64,000 nt of DNA from a virus (taxonomy: Duplodnaviria > Caudoviricetes). Numbering within the stretch: position 1 is the first letter of the stretch; every line of letters starts with the position of its first letter. Shown here in pieces: positions 32,677 to 43,384 of this stretch. A program made the translations under genes and the position numbers. A model generated the notes under the pieces. That model saw only the letters and a program-made list of their open reading frames with translations, ran no database searches and was not told where the DNA came from. The stretch lies in IMG/VR virus record IMGVR_UViG_3300028805_000061; one strand, given 5' to 3'.

Positions 32677-34197
32677 ATGAAAAACAAAAATAAGTCTTTG
32701 TATAAACGATTAAGTGAATTAAGTCTAATAGTTTCTGGTAATTTGCCAGAAGTAGACATAGAATATCTTAAAGAGATTAATGAAATAATTCCAAAAACAA
32801 GAGTAGCAGTATATTCAAACATTTTTGAAGATGCAATAAAGTATTACAAAACTCAAAAGAAATTACCAGATTTTGATTATGTGAATATGCATTTTTCTGA
32901 ATTAATGGAAGATTTAAAAGATGAAGAACCTGCTTGGCATGAAAGCTTTGCTTTGGAATATCTTTCATTATTACAAAAAGATGAATTATTACAAGAAATT
33001 GCATTAGCTCAAGCAGAAGATGATTTAGAAGGAATTGATCAAATCATTTCAAGTAATGAGAAGATATTTAATGATGATATTTCAGGTAAATTACCAACTT
33101 TTGATGAATTGTTTGAAGCCTATGAGAACATTAAAAATTCTAAACCTCCTTTAAAATTTGGTATAAGAGAGTTGGATAAAATGTATAATGGTTTATGTTA
33201 TGGAACATGTAATATTTTAGCCGCTCCCCCTGGTAAATTCAAAACCACTACTGCAAATAGTGTGGCTTATGTTAATTTAAAAGATGGTAAAAAGGTTTTA
33301 TATATTACTTTAGAAGATTCATGGGATGTGATTTACTTTAATATAGCTACAAGAGAAAGTTATGAGCAAGATAGATTACTTAATGCTTCAACTATTAAAA
33401 TTGGTAGATTAGATGAAGAAGATGAACAAACATTAAAAGAAATAATTGAAGATTGTAAAAAGAGATATAACAATAATTTTAGAGTAGCTTGTCAACAATG
33501 CTGGGGAGATTTTAGTCCAGCCGGATTACTTAGACTTTTAAGAAAAGCTAAAAAAGAGATGAATGGACTAGATTTGGTTGTTTTAGATCATGCTAGTTTA
33601 ATGAAGTTTTATAAAGTAAAAGGAGTAAGCGATCCTAAAGAAATAATTAATTTTTATATCAGGTATTTAACAAATTTATCTATTTCTTTTGAAGATAAGT
33701 TTGCTTTATTAGTTGCTATGCAAACAAATAGAGACGGTATAAAAGAATTAGAATCTGGTAAAACTGGTTCATTAACAAATTTAGCAGAAGCAAATGAAGC
33801 AGAAAGATCTGCTTCTACAGTAACATTAATTTATTCTGGTCCTAATGCAGTAGAAAGCAATATTATCAATTTTTACCCAAAGAAAAATAGAAGAGGTTAT
33901 CTATCTGCTAAACCCATTATTAGTTTTATTGAACCTGGAGCTTATTTTGTAGGAGAAAGAGCTATTGAGGGAGATGTTTCTTTAGATGATTTAATGGATG
34001 ACATGGACTCGAAAGAAGATCGAGAAAGTCAAGACAGTATAGAAGATAATGAGATAAAAGGTTTTGCTCACCCACAAAAAATTACTAAGACAGTAGTTAA
34101 AAAGAAAAGATTTAAGACAGAAGATGAAGAAGAATCAAATAATGATAAGCCAAAACCAACTTTAATGAGAAGAAAAATAAAGAAAGTTATTAGATAA
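32677..34197 (+). CDS. dnaB: DnaB-like replicative helicase
   Basis: FGIRELD..YNG, AAPPGKFKTT, YITLED, VVLDH, AMQTNR and KKNRRG. Confidence 0.88.
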   Translation: MKNKNKSLYKRLSELSLIVSGNLPEVDIEYLKEINEIIPKTRVAVYSNIFEDAIKYYKTQKKLPDFDYVNMHFSELMEDLKDEEPAWHESFALEYLSLLQKDELLQEIALAQAEDDLEGIDQIISSNEKIFNDDISGKLPTFDELFEAYENIKNSKPPLKFGIRELDKMYNGLCYGTCNILAAPPGKFKTTTANSVAYVNLKDGKKVLYITLEDSWDVIYFNIATRESYEQDRLLNASTIKIGRLDEEDEQTLKEIIEDCKKRYNNNFRVACQQCWGDFSPAGLLRLLRKAKKEMNGLDLVVLDHASLMKFYKVKGVSDPKEIINFYIRYLTNLSISFEDKFALLVAMQTNRDGIKELESGKTGSLTNLAEANEAERSASTVTLIYSGPNAVESNIINFYPKKNRRGYLSAKPIISFIEPGAYFVGERAIEGDVSLDDLMDDMDSKEDRESQDSIEDNEIKGFAHPQKITKTVVKKKRFKTEDEEESNNDKPKPTLMRRKIKKVIR

Positions 34198-35552
34198 TGT
34201 CAAGTATATGGCAAAGCAAAGTAGTAGCAATAAATCCTTTGAAAGAAAATAATGAAATTACTGGTTATGCTATTGTAAGTAAAGAACATAAACATTTTTA
34301 TGGATCAAATATAGATTTAGATCATATTTTAAAAGATGCAAAAGGAAAAATTTATTTTGATGCTCCCAGCGAGAGATATAATTTTAGAGCATTGTATTAT
34401 CAGTTAAAGCCAAATATAAAATTTCAAAATATTTCAGATATTGTAAAGCAAGAATATTATACTACTAATGTAAAAGATATCTTATATTTTGTAAAAAGAG
34501 AAGGAGCAAAACAAGCTGTTATTGAAGCTTGTTTTATGTTAGAGTTTTTCAAGAAAAATTACAAAGAGCGAAATGATAAAATCTATCATTTAGATAAAAA
34601 TCTTTTGAATTTGACAAGTAATTATGAGAGTGAAATTTCTATTAATAAAATTCAATTAAGAACTGATTTAAGTTTATACCAAAAGAAAAGATGGGATACA
34701 GAAAGGAAATTGTTTGAAAAAACAGGTTACCCTATTCAAAATCAATTTTCTATTGATAATCCAAAATTAAGAGAAAGTTCTAGTGTTGTAAAAGTTTTAG
34801 ATCAAATTAAAGACTATAAAAGTAAGGTAAACTATTTAGAAAAATATTTAGATCTTCCTAAAATAGTATTAAACTTTGATATTACTGCTACTGCTACAGG
34901 AAGAATACTCTGTAGAGATAAACAAAATAATATAGGATTATTTGCTCCAGATAAAAACTATAGATATTTATTTCCAGCTAAGAAAGAATTTATTTTTATT
35001 TCAGCTGATTACAAGAGACAAGAAGCTTGTATATTAGCTAAAGTAAGTAATGATAAACAATTAGAACAAGATATACAAGAAGAAGATTTTTATTCTAGAT
35101 TAGCAAGATGGACAATAAGAGAAACTAAAAAACAAATAGGTAAAACTTTATTTTATGCAGTAATTTATGGAGCAAAATCCCAAACAGTTGCAGAAGAATT
35201 AAAGATAGATATTGATACAATAAAGCAAGCAATTAGAAAAATTAAAAATCGATATAAGAGCCTTTCCAGTTGGTTAGAAGATTTTGATGAAAATACTAAT
35301 TATTTTGGTAGACCATTACATAATAATACAGTTAATGCTTATGTACAAAGTACTGCTGCTGATATATTAAAAGATAGATTAATTGCTACTTTTAATTATA
35401 GTCCAGCTTTAATTTTGTCTGATAACATAATTTATCAAATTAAAGATGTAGATATTCAGAGAAAAATTGAAAATATCAAGTTATTATTACAGAAAACTAG
35501 CCCTTTTAATTTGAAAGTTGATATAAAAACTAGTTATAATTTATCTTTTTAA
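34197..35552 (+). CDS. Minimal/divergent family A DNA polymerase
   Basis: TATGRI, motif A ADYKRQE, motif B KQIGKTLFYAVIYG, NAYVQSTAADILK, motif C LSDN. Confidence 0.8.
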   Translation: MSSIWQSKVVAINPLKENNEITGYAIVSKEHKHFYGSNIDLDHILKDAKGKIYFDAPSERYNFRALYYQLKPNIKFQNISDIVKQEYYTTNVKDILYFVKREGAKQAVIEACFMLEFFKKNYKERNDKIYHLDKNLLNLTSNYESEISINKIQLRTDLSLYQKKRWDTERKLFEKTGYPIQNQFSIDNPKLRESSSVVKVLDQIKDYKSKVNYLEKYLDLPKIVLNFDITATATGRILCRDKQNNIGLFAPDKNYRYLFPAKKEFIFISADYKRQEACILAKVSNDKQLEQDIQEEDFYSRLARWTIRETKKQIGKTLFYAVIYGAKSQTVAEELKIDIDTIKQAIRKIKNRYKSLSSWLEDFDENTNYFGRPLHNNTVNAYVQSTAADILKDRLIATFNYSPALILSDNIIYQIKDVDIQRKIENIKLLLQKTSPFNLKVDIKTSYNLSF

Positions 35553-35651
35553 TATAAATGTTAATTTTTATTAACTCCATTTATTTTTTAATTTAGTTTT
35601 AATATAATTATTTTAATAAAATTTATTTTAATAGTTTATAGGAGAAGAAAA

Positions 35652-36455
35652 ATGACATTAGTATTAGAAGGAAAGACACTAGCAGCAACTAATCCAATTA
35701 GCACAATCAACAGAGACAATTCTTATGTAAAAAGAAATGCTCTTAATTGGAATTCTCAATTATATAAGGAGATTGAAAAAGCTGTTACAATGTACTATAG
35801 TTCTCATAAATTTGAAATGGAGAAATATAGAGTTGAACTTGAAGACTTGATTCAAAAGGTAGCTTTTACTTTTTATAGATGGAAGGGTTTTGATCCAGAG
35901 GCATACGGTAAAAAGATTTCAGCTTATACTTATTACATAATTAATCAAAAATTGATTAAAGATAAACGAAATTATTTTAGAGCAAGAAAAAATATTTCAG
36001 TATCAATGGATGAAGAATTTAATAATCAATCAAGTAAAGATTCTACTGAAACTACAATTTCTGATACAATAGCTGATAATTCATACAGATTTATAGAATT
36101 TGTGGAAGAATGTTTACAAAAGATCCCTGTAGATCACAAGTTCTATATTGATGATGTTTGTTTTAAAACAAGAGATATATTTAGATTATTGTTCAATAAT
36201 TATTCTGGAGAAGAAATAGCTTATGCAGCTAAAGTAGATGGTAAGAAATTTAGAAAAATGAAAAGAACATTAACTAAAGAATTTTATTCAGCTGATATAG
36301 TTGATATATGGAATTCTTTACCATCAAATGTATCATTTAAAGCTGATTACTTTATACCTTATTCAAAAGAAGAAACTTTAGAAAATCAAAAAAGAGAAGA
36401 AGAGTTGAGAAAAAGTTTATCAGGAGAAGTAAAAACCTTTTATATAAATAAGTAG
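35652..36455 (+). CDS. Phage sigma-70-like factor
   Basis: EDLIQ...FDPE...ISAYTYYII region-2-like pattern, VSMDE, C-terminal YSGEEIAYA HTH. Confidence 0.65.
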   Translation: MTLVLEGKTLAATNPISTINRDNSYVKRNALNWNSQLYKEIEKAVTMYYSSHKFEMEKYRVELEDLIQKVAFTFYRWKGFDPEAYGKKISAYTYYIINQKLIKDKRNYFRARKNISVSMDEEFNNQSSKDSTETTISDTIADNSYRFIEFVEECLQKIPVDHKFYIDDVCFKTRDIFRLLFNNYSGEEIAYAAKVDGKKFRKMKRTLTKEFYSADIVDIWNSLPSNVSFKADYFIPYSKEETLENQKREEELRKSLSGEVKTFYINK

Positions 36456-36949
36456 ACAGGTTTTTAATATAGAATAATTTTATTAAAAGCTAATTTATTA
36501 ATAATTAGTTTTAAGAGGTATAGATGAATAAAGAACAGTTATTAAAATCTTGTAATCTAATAAGAGATTATAATGAAGATTTATTTAAAAAATTAAGAGT
36601 AGCAAATAAAGTTATTAAAGGAAAATCTAAAACAAAGAAATATTTGGAAATAGAACAAATACAAGAAATACTTATTTTAATAAGTATTTTACTTTCTGGT
36701 AATATTAAAATAAGATATGAACTAGAAGATTTTATAAAAGAAAATAAAGCTTTTGTAGATCTTTCTTATATTAAAAGTTTATCTACAAATTGTAAACAAG
36801 ATATTGATGCTTTAAAAGCAACTTCCTTTAACATGGTAGAAGTATTAAAAACTATGCGAAATAAGGAAGAAGAACAGAAATATAAAGATAATACTTTATA
36901 AATAAGTACATAATATAAAATAATAACAGAAATAGAAAAGGAGAGTCAA

Positions 36950-37846
36950 ATGTCTACATTAAAGAAAAAGAAATTAGGTGAAAGAATTGGTGGAGGTCTG
37001 ATGCAATTGAAGGGTAATGATGAACAAGCCCAAGTATTTTCAATTGTAAGTGATGACATTTTTAGTTACATTTATCATTATGATGATGTTTATGAAACAC
37101 TAGGTAAATTTATGTGTTTATCTGAATATGATGATGATGGTAAAATGGTTAAGAAAGCTGATTGCTGTAAATTATTTAAAAAGAAAACTGAAAGAGTAGT
37201 TATTCCAGTAATTCACTATGAAGGAAAGAAAAAGAATTATCGTAAAATGTCAGAGGGTAAATTCAAATATCTTTCAATTACTTCATATAAATATACTCAA
37301 CTTTGTAAAGATCTAGAAGATGCTGGAGTTACATTTGATGATTGTGATGTAGATATTCTTTTAAAATCAGAAGATGCTGGAAGAGGAAAAATTTCATTTG
37401 AAGTAATTGACTCAGAAGAAGGTGCTCTTTGGAGAGAAGATGAAGATATGAAAAGACAAGTAAAAGAAGCTTTAAAAACTTGGGAAGAAGATGTAGCAGC
37501 AACATTACCTACAGAATATTCATCTATAGAAGCTTTTGAAGAAGCTGTAGAAGAAGCTAAAGAAGCTGGAGAAAAACCAGAAGGAGTTGAGGATGTTGAA
37601 GATGATATCCCTAAGAAAAAGAAAAAATCATCTGATGAACCTAAAGCTACTAAGAAAAAAGTAGAAAAAGAATTAGAGGATGACTTGGATGAAACAGAAG
37701 ATGATGAAGAAGATGAAACTCCTAAAAAGAAGAAAAAATCTGTAAAAGAACAGATAGAGGAAGAAGATTTTGATAATGAAGAGTTAGAAGAAGATGAATC
37801 AGAAGAAGATGAAGAAGATGAGTCTGATTTAGAAGATGAAGACTAA
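36950..37846 (+). CDS. Single-stranded DNA-binding protein (gp32-like) with long acidic tail
   Basis: His/Cys cluster (YHY...FMC...DCC), very acidic C-terminus, located among recombination genes. Confidence 0.65.
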   Translation: MSTLKKKKLGERIGGGLMQLKGNDEQAQVFSIVSDDIFSYIYHYDDVYETLGKFMCLSEYDDDGKMVKKADCCKLFKKKTERVVIPVIHYEGKKKNYRKMSEGKFKYLSITSYKYTQLCKDLEDAGVTFDDCDVDILLKSEDAGRGKISFEVIDSEEGALWREDEDMKRQVKEALKTWEEDVAATLPTEYSSIEAFEEAVEEAKEAGEKPEGVEDVEDDIPKKKKKSSDEPKATKKKVEKELEDDLDETEDDEEDETPKKKKKSVKEQIEEEDFDNEELEEDESEEDEEDESDLEDED

Positions 37847-37871
37847 ACTACTCTACCCTATAAACTAAAAG

Positions 37872-37907
37872 ATAAATAGTTAGTAATTAATTTTACTAAC
37901 TATTTAT
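37872..37907 (+). terminator. Hairpin after the SSB gene
   Basis: ataaatagttagtaa/ttactaactatttat inverted repeat. Confidence 0.65.
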
Positions 37908-37911
37908 TTAT

Positions 37912-38679
37912 ATGAAAGGATTATATATGTCTAAAAGTAAAAATATTAAAGCTGCAAAACCTTCTATAGAAGAATTAAGAGCTTTACCTGAACCCTTACC
38001 TAAAGAAGAAAAATCTAAAAAGAAAAAATGGGTAAATCCTCATAAAAGAGAGTATGGTATTGAAATAGTAAAAAGAATTAATGAACCTTTTGTAGAAGAT
38101 ATTATTTATAAACTTAGTATAGATATAGGTTTTGCTACTTCAGGTTTAACTTTCTTTAATAGGAATACTAAAGAAGTAAAAAGTATTTATTATAAAAAAG
38201 ATAAAGAGTGTCATGTTAAAGGAGCTGGTATAGTATATTTGTCCAGGTTATGTGAAGAAACTTGGCAAAAATATAAGGAACTGATTCCTAGAGAAATGAA
38301 AATGAATAGAGGGCTATCTCAATTTATTTTGGAAGAACCTTTAGTAATTGCTGGTCAAAGAAGTTTTTCTATTTCTTTATATGTATTGTTGCATTACTTA
38401 ATAGATAAATTACTTTATGAATTCAAATGTCATTCAGTAATATTAATTAGACCAGGGTCAGCTAAAAAATTACTTAATTGGGGTAGATCTAAGATGCCTG
38501 ATAATGAAAAAACAAAATGGATTAAAGAAAATTTACCAGAATGGCAAACTAAAAACAATCATACAGCTGATTCTAATTTTTCAATGATTTTAACTAATTA
38601 TGATGAATTAAGCCAGTTATATCCAAACGTGAAACTATTAACTAAAGTAGACTATAAAGTATATGAAAGTTATTTATAA
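37912..38679 (+). CDS. RuvC-like Holliday junction resolvase
   Basis: LSIDIGFATSG, ILEEP and NHTADS acidic catalytic set. Confidence 0.7.
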   Translation: MKGLYMSKSKNIKAAKPSIEELRALPEPLPKEEKSKKKKWVNPHKREYGIEIVKRINEPFVEDIIYKLSIDIGFATSGLTFFNRNTKEVKSIYYKKDKECHVKGAGIVYLSRLCEETWQKYKELIPREMKMNRGLSQFILEEPLVIAGQRSFSISLYVLLHYLIDKLLYEFKCHSVILIRPGSAKKLLNWGRSKMPDNEKTKWIKENLPEWQTKNNHTADSNFSMILTNYDELSQLYPNVKLLTKVDYKVYESYL

Positions 38680-38691
38680 GGAGATGTTTTA

Positions 38692-39867
38692 ATGGCAGGA
38701 CTAAGAAAAATTAAAGCTAAGAAGAAGAAAACCTCTAAAAATGCTACTGTTATGGTATTTAACCCATTTGCTGAAGAACAGTTTATTCCAACTTCATCTA
38801 TAGGGTTTGATGTTCTTCTATCTGAAAATGTAGCTGGAATAGAAGTTGGATCATTAGTAGAATTAAATGGAGATTCGGGGGTTGGTAAAAGTACAAGTAT
38901 GTTTTATATGGCCTGTAATCAAGCCAGAAATTATGGAGTAAAAGTTGTTTATATTGATGCAGAAATGGGTATTAAGCGTTCACATATTAGAATAAATAAT
39001 GCATTTGATCTATTTCATCCTGATACAGAAGAACTTCAAGAGAAATATAGTGATAAATTAGATGAGTTTCTGGAACATGCTTTTGATGATGGCTATTCAA
39101 TGGTTGTATTACAACTGAATTCATTTACTGGTTTAGATAGTGTTACTGATGCTGTTTATAAGTGGACTGAAAATCATGATGAAGCATTGGTATTAGTAAT
39201 TGATTCTCTTGCATTCTTAAATACTACAGCAGAACTGGATGCTGAACAAGCTGATAAGGTTCAGATAGGGCAGAAAGCTAGAGCATGGAGAAGATGGGTA
39301 GTAACAAATAAAATAAATCTTACAGCACACGGTATAACTACTTGGTTTATTAATCACCTGACAACACAAGGTATAGGTGGTAATACTTTCTTAACACATG
39401 AAAAACCTAAAGATGAATCAGCTGGAGGTAAAATTTCTAAATATGGTCCAGATGTAAGAATATTGATTAAAGAAGGCTCAAAAATTAAAGATGAAAATGA
39501 TAATGTTATTGGTAATGAAGCTAAAGTATCAACTAAAAAGAACAGAAACAATATTTCTCATAGACAAATCATTCTCCCTTTAATGAAAGGAGCTGGACCA
39601 GACAATGCCCGTTTTCTTAAAGAAGTTCTTTCAGAAACAGGAGTAGTAAAATTCTCTGCTTGGACTACTTTTGATTTTCCATTTTTAGAAGAACCTGAAA
39701 AAGTAAATGGAGCAGAGAAAGCTTTAACTTGGATTAGAGAACATGAAGAACAAATAACTGAATATTTAAAATCTGAAAATCTTTTATCTTTAGTTGATTT
39801 AGGTGAAGTAGTTGTAGCTGATGACTCAGATGATGCATCTCCAGAACTTTCAGAAGACGATGAATAG
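38692..39867 (+). CDS. recA: RecA/UvsX recombinase
   Basis: VELNGDSGVGKST, YIDAE, VIDSL, FINH, AGG...KY and KKNR. Confidence 0.9.
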   Translation: MAGLRKIKAKKKKTSKNATVMVFNPFAEEQFIPTSSIGFDVLLSENVAGIEVGSLVELNGDSGVGKSTSMFYMACNQARNYGVKVVYIDAEMGIKRSHIRINNAFDLFHPDTEELQEKYSDKLDEFLEHAFDDGYSMVVLQLNSFTGLDSVTDAVYKWTENHDEALVLVIDSLAFLNTTAELDAEQADKVQIGQKARAWRRWVVTNKINLTAHGITTWFINHLTTQGIGGNTFLTHEKPKDESAGGKISKYGPDVRILIKEGSKIKDENDNVIGNEAKVSTKKNRNNISHRQIILPLMKGAGPDNARFLKEVLSETGVVKFSAWTTFDFPFLEEPEKVNGAEKALTWIREHEEQITEYLKSENLLSLVDLGEVVVADDSDDASPELSEDDE

Positions 39868-39927
39868 AGAATTTTAATATTATATAAAGTGTTTGTCATA
39901 CCCTTTTAATTTCTATGTGTTACTATT

Positions 39928-39963
39928 AAACCTGTTCTAAGAAATTTTTAGGACAGGTTTTTT
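39928..39963 (+). terminator. Rho-independent terminator
   Basis: aaacctgttctaa/ttaggacaggttt stem plus T-run. Confidence 0.8.
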
Positions 39964-40005
39964 GTTTAGTATAATAAAAAATACTTATATAAAGGAAATT
40001 AATAT

Positions 40006-41100
40006 ATGAAGTTAAAAATAGAGAATTTTCAATCATTAGAAGGAATTAATGAATTCACTTTCAATCCTGGTATAACAATGATTATTGGGGCTTCAAATTC
40101 AGGTAAAACTGCTATACAAAGAGCTTTAAGGGGATTAATTCTAAATTATATTTCTTCTAGTAAAGCTAAAAAATATATTACACATTTTAAAGATTATTTA
40201 CAAGTAGATTTACAATTTAATGAAGAAATAAAATACTCTTGGTATAAAGATACAAAAAATACTATTTATAGAATAGAAGATATAAATGCTGATCCAGAAA
40301 TACAAATTTTTGAAAAAGCTGGGAATGATGATTTAGAAAGTATTTGTAAAAAATCTGGTCAACTTTTCCCTTTTGTAATAAGAGATAAAAAACTAATAAA
40401 TACACATACAGAGAAAGATAGTTTACCCTTCCCATTCGATTTAAATGATGTTGAATTATTTAAAATGTTTGAAGAATTATATAATGTTTCTTCTTCAGGT
40501 ATAATATTTAAGTTTATGAAATCTCTGGAAACAAAAACTAATTCAGAAATTAAATCAGTTAAAGAACAAATTGACGTAGATAAACAAAAAATAGAAAAGA
40601 TTATTGATCTTGAAGATAAATATGAAATAGAGAAATTAGAAGAATTAAAATTAAAAGCCGAAAAAGTTCAGGCTGGTATGATAGGTATAGATGAAGATAT
40701 TAAAATCGCAGCAAGAAATAATAAAACTTGTAAAATTATAAGAGAATTTTTAGATACTACTCCTTATTTAGAAAATGCTGAAGCAAAATTAAATAAAGCT
40801 TTAACTATTTATAATGAATCAAAAGATATAGCTAAAGATATTAAGATAATAAATAGCAATAATAAAATAGAACAAATAAATGTTTATAAGAAAGAATTTA
40901 ATACAGCTCTTATAAGTGATTTTAATGCTCTATCATCAGATTATAATAAAGCAAAATCTTTAAATAATGAATTAAAATCTGCTCAAGAAGAAATAGATGA
41001 GCTTTTAGAACAGCAAAAAGAGATTAAAGAAGAGTTAGCAAAAGTAGATGTATGTCCATTATGTAAACAACCAATTAAGAGAGGTAAGAATAGTGACTAA
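40006..41100 (+). CDS. SbcC/Rad50-like ATPase, N-terminal half
   Basis: LKIENFQS, Walker A GASNSGKT, coiled coil and CPLC Zn hook at the C-terminus. Confidence 0.85.
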   Translation: MKLKIENFQSLEGINEFTFNPGITMIIGASNSGKTAIQRALRGLILNYISSSKAKKYITHFKDYLQVDLQFNEEIKYSWYKDTKNTIYRIEDINADPEIQIFEKAGNDDLESICKKSGQLFPFVIRDKKLINTHTEKDSLPFPFDLNDVELFKMFEELYNVSSSGIIFKFMKSLETKTNSEIKSVKEQIDVDKQKIEKIIDLEDKYEIEKLEELKLKAEKVQAGMIGIDEDIKIAARNNKTCKIIREFLDTTPYLENAEAKLNKALTIYNESKDIAKDIKIINSNNKIEQINVYKKEFNTALISDFNALSSDYNKAKSLNNELKSAQEEIDELLEQQKEIKEELAKVDVCPLCKQPIKRGKNSD

Positions 41101-41283
41101 ACCAGTAATATTAATAAATGCTGATAATTTAAAGTCTTTTACTAAATATATAGGTAAGCAAACTTGTATAAATAGAGAAATTATTAGTTACTTAGATCAA
41201 TTATCTATAAATGGAATTTCAGAAGTAGGTAAATACCACCTGCAAGAAATAAAGAGGTTAGTTAAAGAACAGGGAGATATAGA

Positions 41284-41556
41284 ATGGCAAGTGGAATAAC
41301 AGTAGAACAGTTTGAAAAACTACAGAATAAATTAAAAAAGATTGAGCCTAAAATAGCTGAATTAGAAGGTATTAGAAAAACTAAAAAAGCTCAAACAAAA
41401 GAAATATATGAAAAATGGGGAGTAAGTAAACTTTCTGAATTAAAAGAATTAAAAGAAGAAAAAGAAAAAGCTGCTCAAGAGGTTTATGATTCCTTAAAAG
41501 AGTATGTAGATGAAATGAATATAGAATTTGATAAATTAGACGAGGAACTTGTTTAA
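41284..41556 (+). CDS. Small coiled-coil protein between the SbcC halves
   Basis: E/K heptad-rich, 90 aa. Confidence 0.6.
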   Translation: MASGITVEQFEKLQNKLKKIEPKIAELEGIRKTKKAQTKEIYEKWGVSKLSELKELKEEKEKAAQEVYDSLKEYVDEMNIEFDKLDEELV

Positions 41557-42248
41557 TGAAAGAATTATTAGAAAAGTTTAACTATAACTTAGTAAGATTT
41601 AAGAAATTACCAGAAGTAAGAGATTTATATAAAAGTAAAGTTAAACGTGAAAATAAACAATTAGAAGAATTAGAAGATAAAATAACTCTAATTCAAGATT
41701 CAAGATTAGCTTATCAAAAAACTATAGATTTGTTTTATGAACAATCAATAGGCCAATTAGAAAATCTTATTAATTGTGCATTAAGTACTATTTTTATAGG
41801 TAGACATTATAAAATTAAAATATCTTTATCAGATGAATCTAAGAAAGATAAGTCATTTTCATTTGATGTAATAAATGAAGACATAGGAGAATTAGAAGAT
41901 TTAAGAGATGGGTCTGGAGCTGGGATAAGAGCTGTAATAAGTTTTGTAATTCTTAGTTATTATTTAATTGGATTTGGATCTCCTTACATATTTGCTGATG
42001 AATGTTATTCACAGATTTCAGCAGAGTATGTAGATGCTTTCTTTGAATTTGTTCACAAATTATGTGAGGAACAGGGTTTAATATTTGTTTTAATTACACA
42101 TGATCAAAGATTTGTAAATTATGCTGATCAGATAATTCAGGTAGTAGAAGGAAGAGTTACAGTTCATAATAATTTAGATGAAGATAAAATAAGTGAAATA
42201 GTTAAACAGATTGAAGAGTACAACAATGAAAATAAAATTAAAGCTTAA
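41556..42248 (+). CDS. SbcC/Rad50-like ATPase, C-terminal half
   Basis: Signature GSGAG, Walker B IFADE and H-loop LITHD. Confidence 0.85.
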   Translation: MKELLEKFNYNLVRFKKLPEVRDLYKSKVKRENKQLEELEDKITLIQDSRLAYQKTIDLFYEQSIGQLENLINCALSTIFIGRHYKIKISLSDESKKDKSFSFDVINEDIGELEDLRDGSGAGIRAVISFVILSYYLIGFGSPYIFADECYSQISAEYVDAFFEFVHKLCEEQGLIFVLITHDQRFVNYADQIIQVVEGRVTVHNNLDEDKISEIVKQIEEYNNENKIKA

Positions 42249-42438
42249 AGAAATTTTGGAACAACGGGAAATGACCACTTATCAATTATCTAAAGTAACA
42301 GGTATTAAAATCCCTACACTTGAGAATTGGACAAATGAGAGATCTTTGCCAAGGTTAGACAGTTTAGTCAAATTAGCTTTTGTTTTGGGTATTGAGGTAA
42401 CAGATTTGTATGAGGTATTAAATTATGAAATTGAATAA
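42226..42438 (+). CDS. XRE-family HTH regulator
   Basis: MTTYQLSKVTGIKIPTLENW...PRLDSLVKLAFVLG. Confidence 0.85.
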   Translation: MKIKLKLKEILEQREMTTYQLSKVTGIKIPTLENWTNERSLPRLDSLVKLAFVLGIEVTDLYEVLNYEIE

Positions 42439-43369
42439 TAGTATAGCTTTTGTAGGAGATATACATTTACAATTTAATAATCCAACTTCAAGAATAGATA
42501 GTTATTTTGAAGCTATTTTAAATAAAATTTTACAAATAATGAAAACAAATAAATATATTGTTTCATTGGGAGATCTATTTTCTAATCCAGTATTAGATAT
42601 TCAAGGTACAATGATGTTTATTGAATTATTGAAAAAGTATAAAGAACAGGGTGGTACTTGGATAGAGATTATAGGTAATCATACAATTTATAATTGGCAA
42701 TTAAACACAATAAATAAAACTACTTTAGGGCTATTACATAAATTAGGTTTGATTCAAATATTAGATAGATCCCAGCAAATAGAAAACACTTTATCTAAAA
42801 TAGAGATTGAAGATTGGACTATAATTCCTAATTTATTAAATACTCCAAAAGAAATTATAGATGCTCCTACAGATAGATCAATTTTAGTTGGACATTGTTA
42901 TTATGCTTTTGAAAGAGATAAAAAACACTCTTTAGAATATGAAGATTTAAAAGAAAAGGGTTATAAATATTGTTTTCTAGGGCATGATCATCAACCTTAT
43001 AAACCTAAAGTAATTGAAGGTACTACTTTATATAGACCTGGTAGTTTAGCAAGGGAAGCTGCACATTCTTATAACTTTGACAGAAAAATAATTTATTATC
43101 AATTGAATTTAGATACTGATGAAATTAAATCAATAGAAGTAAAAGCTGCAGAAGCTGCTGAGATATTCTCTTTAGAAGTAATTAATAAACATAATGATAT
43201 AACTCCAAAATATGTATATGATATGGAAGAGTTAATGAAAAGTTTTAAACAGAAGAGAACAGTTAATATTTCAATAAAGAAAATGCTTGAAGAGAATAAA
43301 GAAATTCCAGATAGGATAGTTAATTTCATTAAAGATTGTTACGAAGCTTGTGAAATAGAGTTTGTATAG
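42425..43369 (+). CDS. SbcD/Mre11-like metallophosphoesterase nuclease
   Basis: GDIH, GDLF, GNH, GHDH and PGSL. Confidence 0.88.
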   Translation: MKLNNSIAFVGDIHLQFNNPTSRIDSYFEAILNKILQIMKTNKYIVSLGDLFSNPVLDIQGTMMFIELLKKYKEQGGTWIEIIGNHTIYNWQLNTINKTTLGLLHKLGLIQILDRSQQIENTLSKIEIEDWTIIPNLLNTPKEIIDAPTDRSILVGHCYYAFERDKKHSLEYEDLKEKGYKYCFLGHDHQPYKPKVIEGTTLYRPGSLAREAAHSYNFDRKIIYYQLNLDTDEIKSIEVKAAEAAEIFSLEVINKHNDITPKYVYDMEELMKSFKQKRTVNISIKKMLEENKEIPDRIVNFIKDCYEACEIEFV

Positions 43370-43384
43370 AAAGGAGAATTTTAA

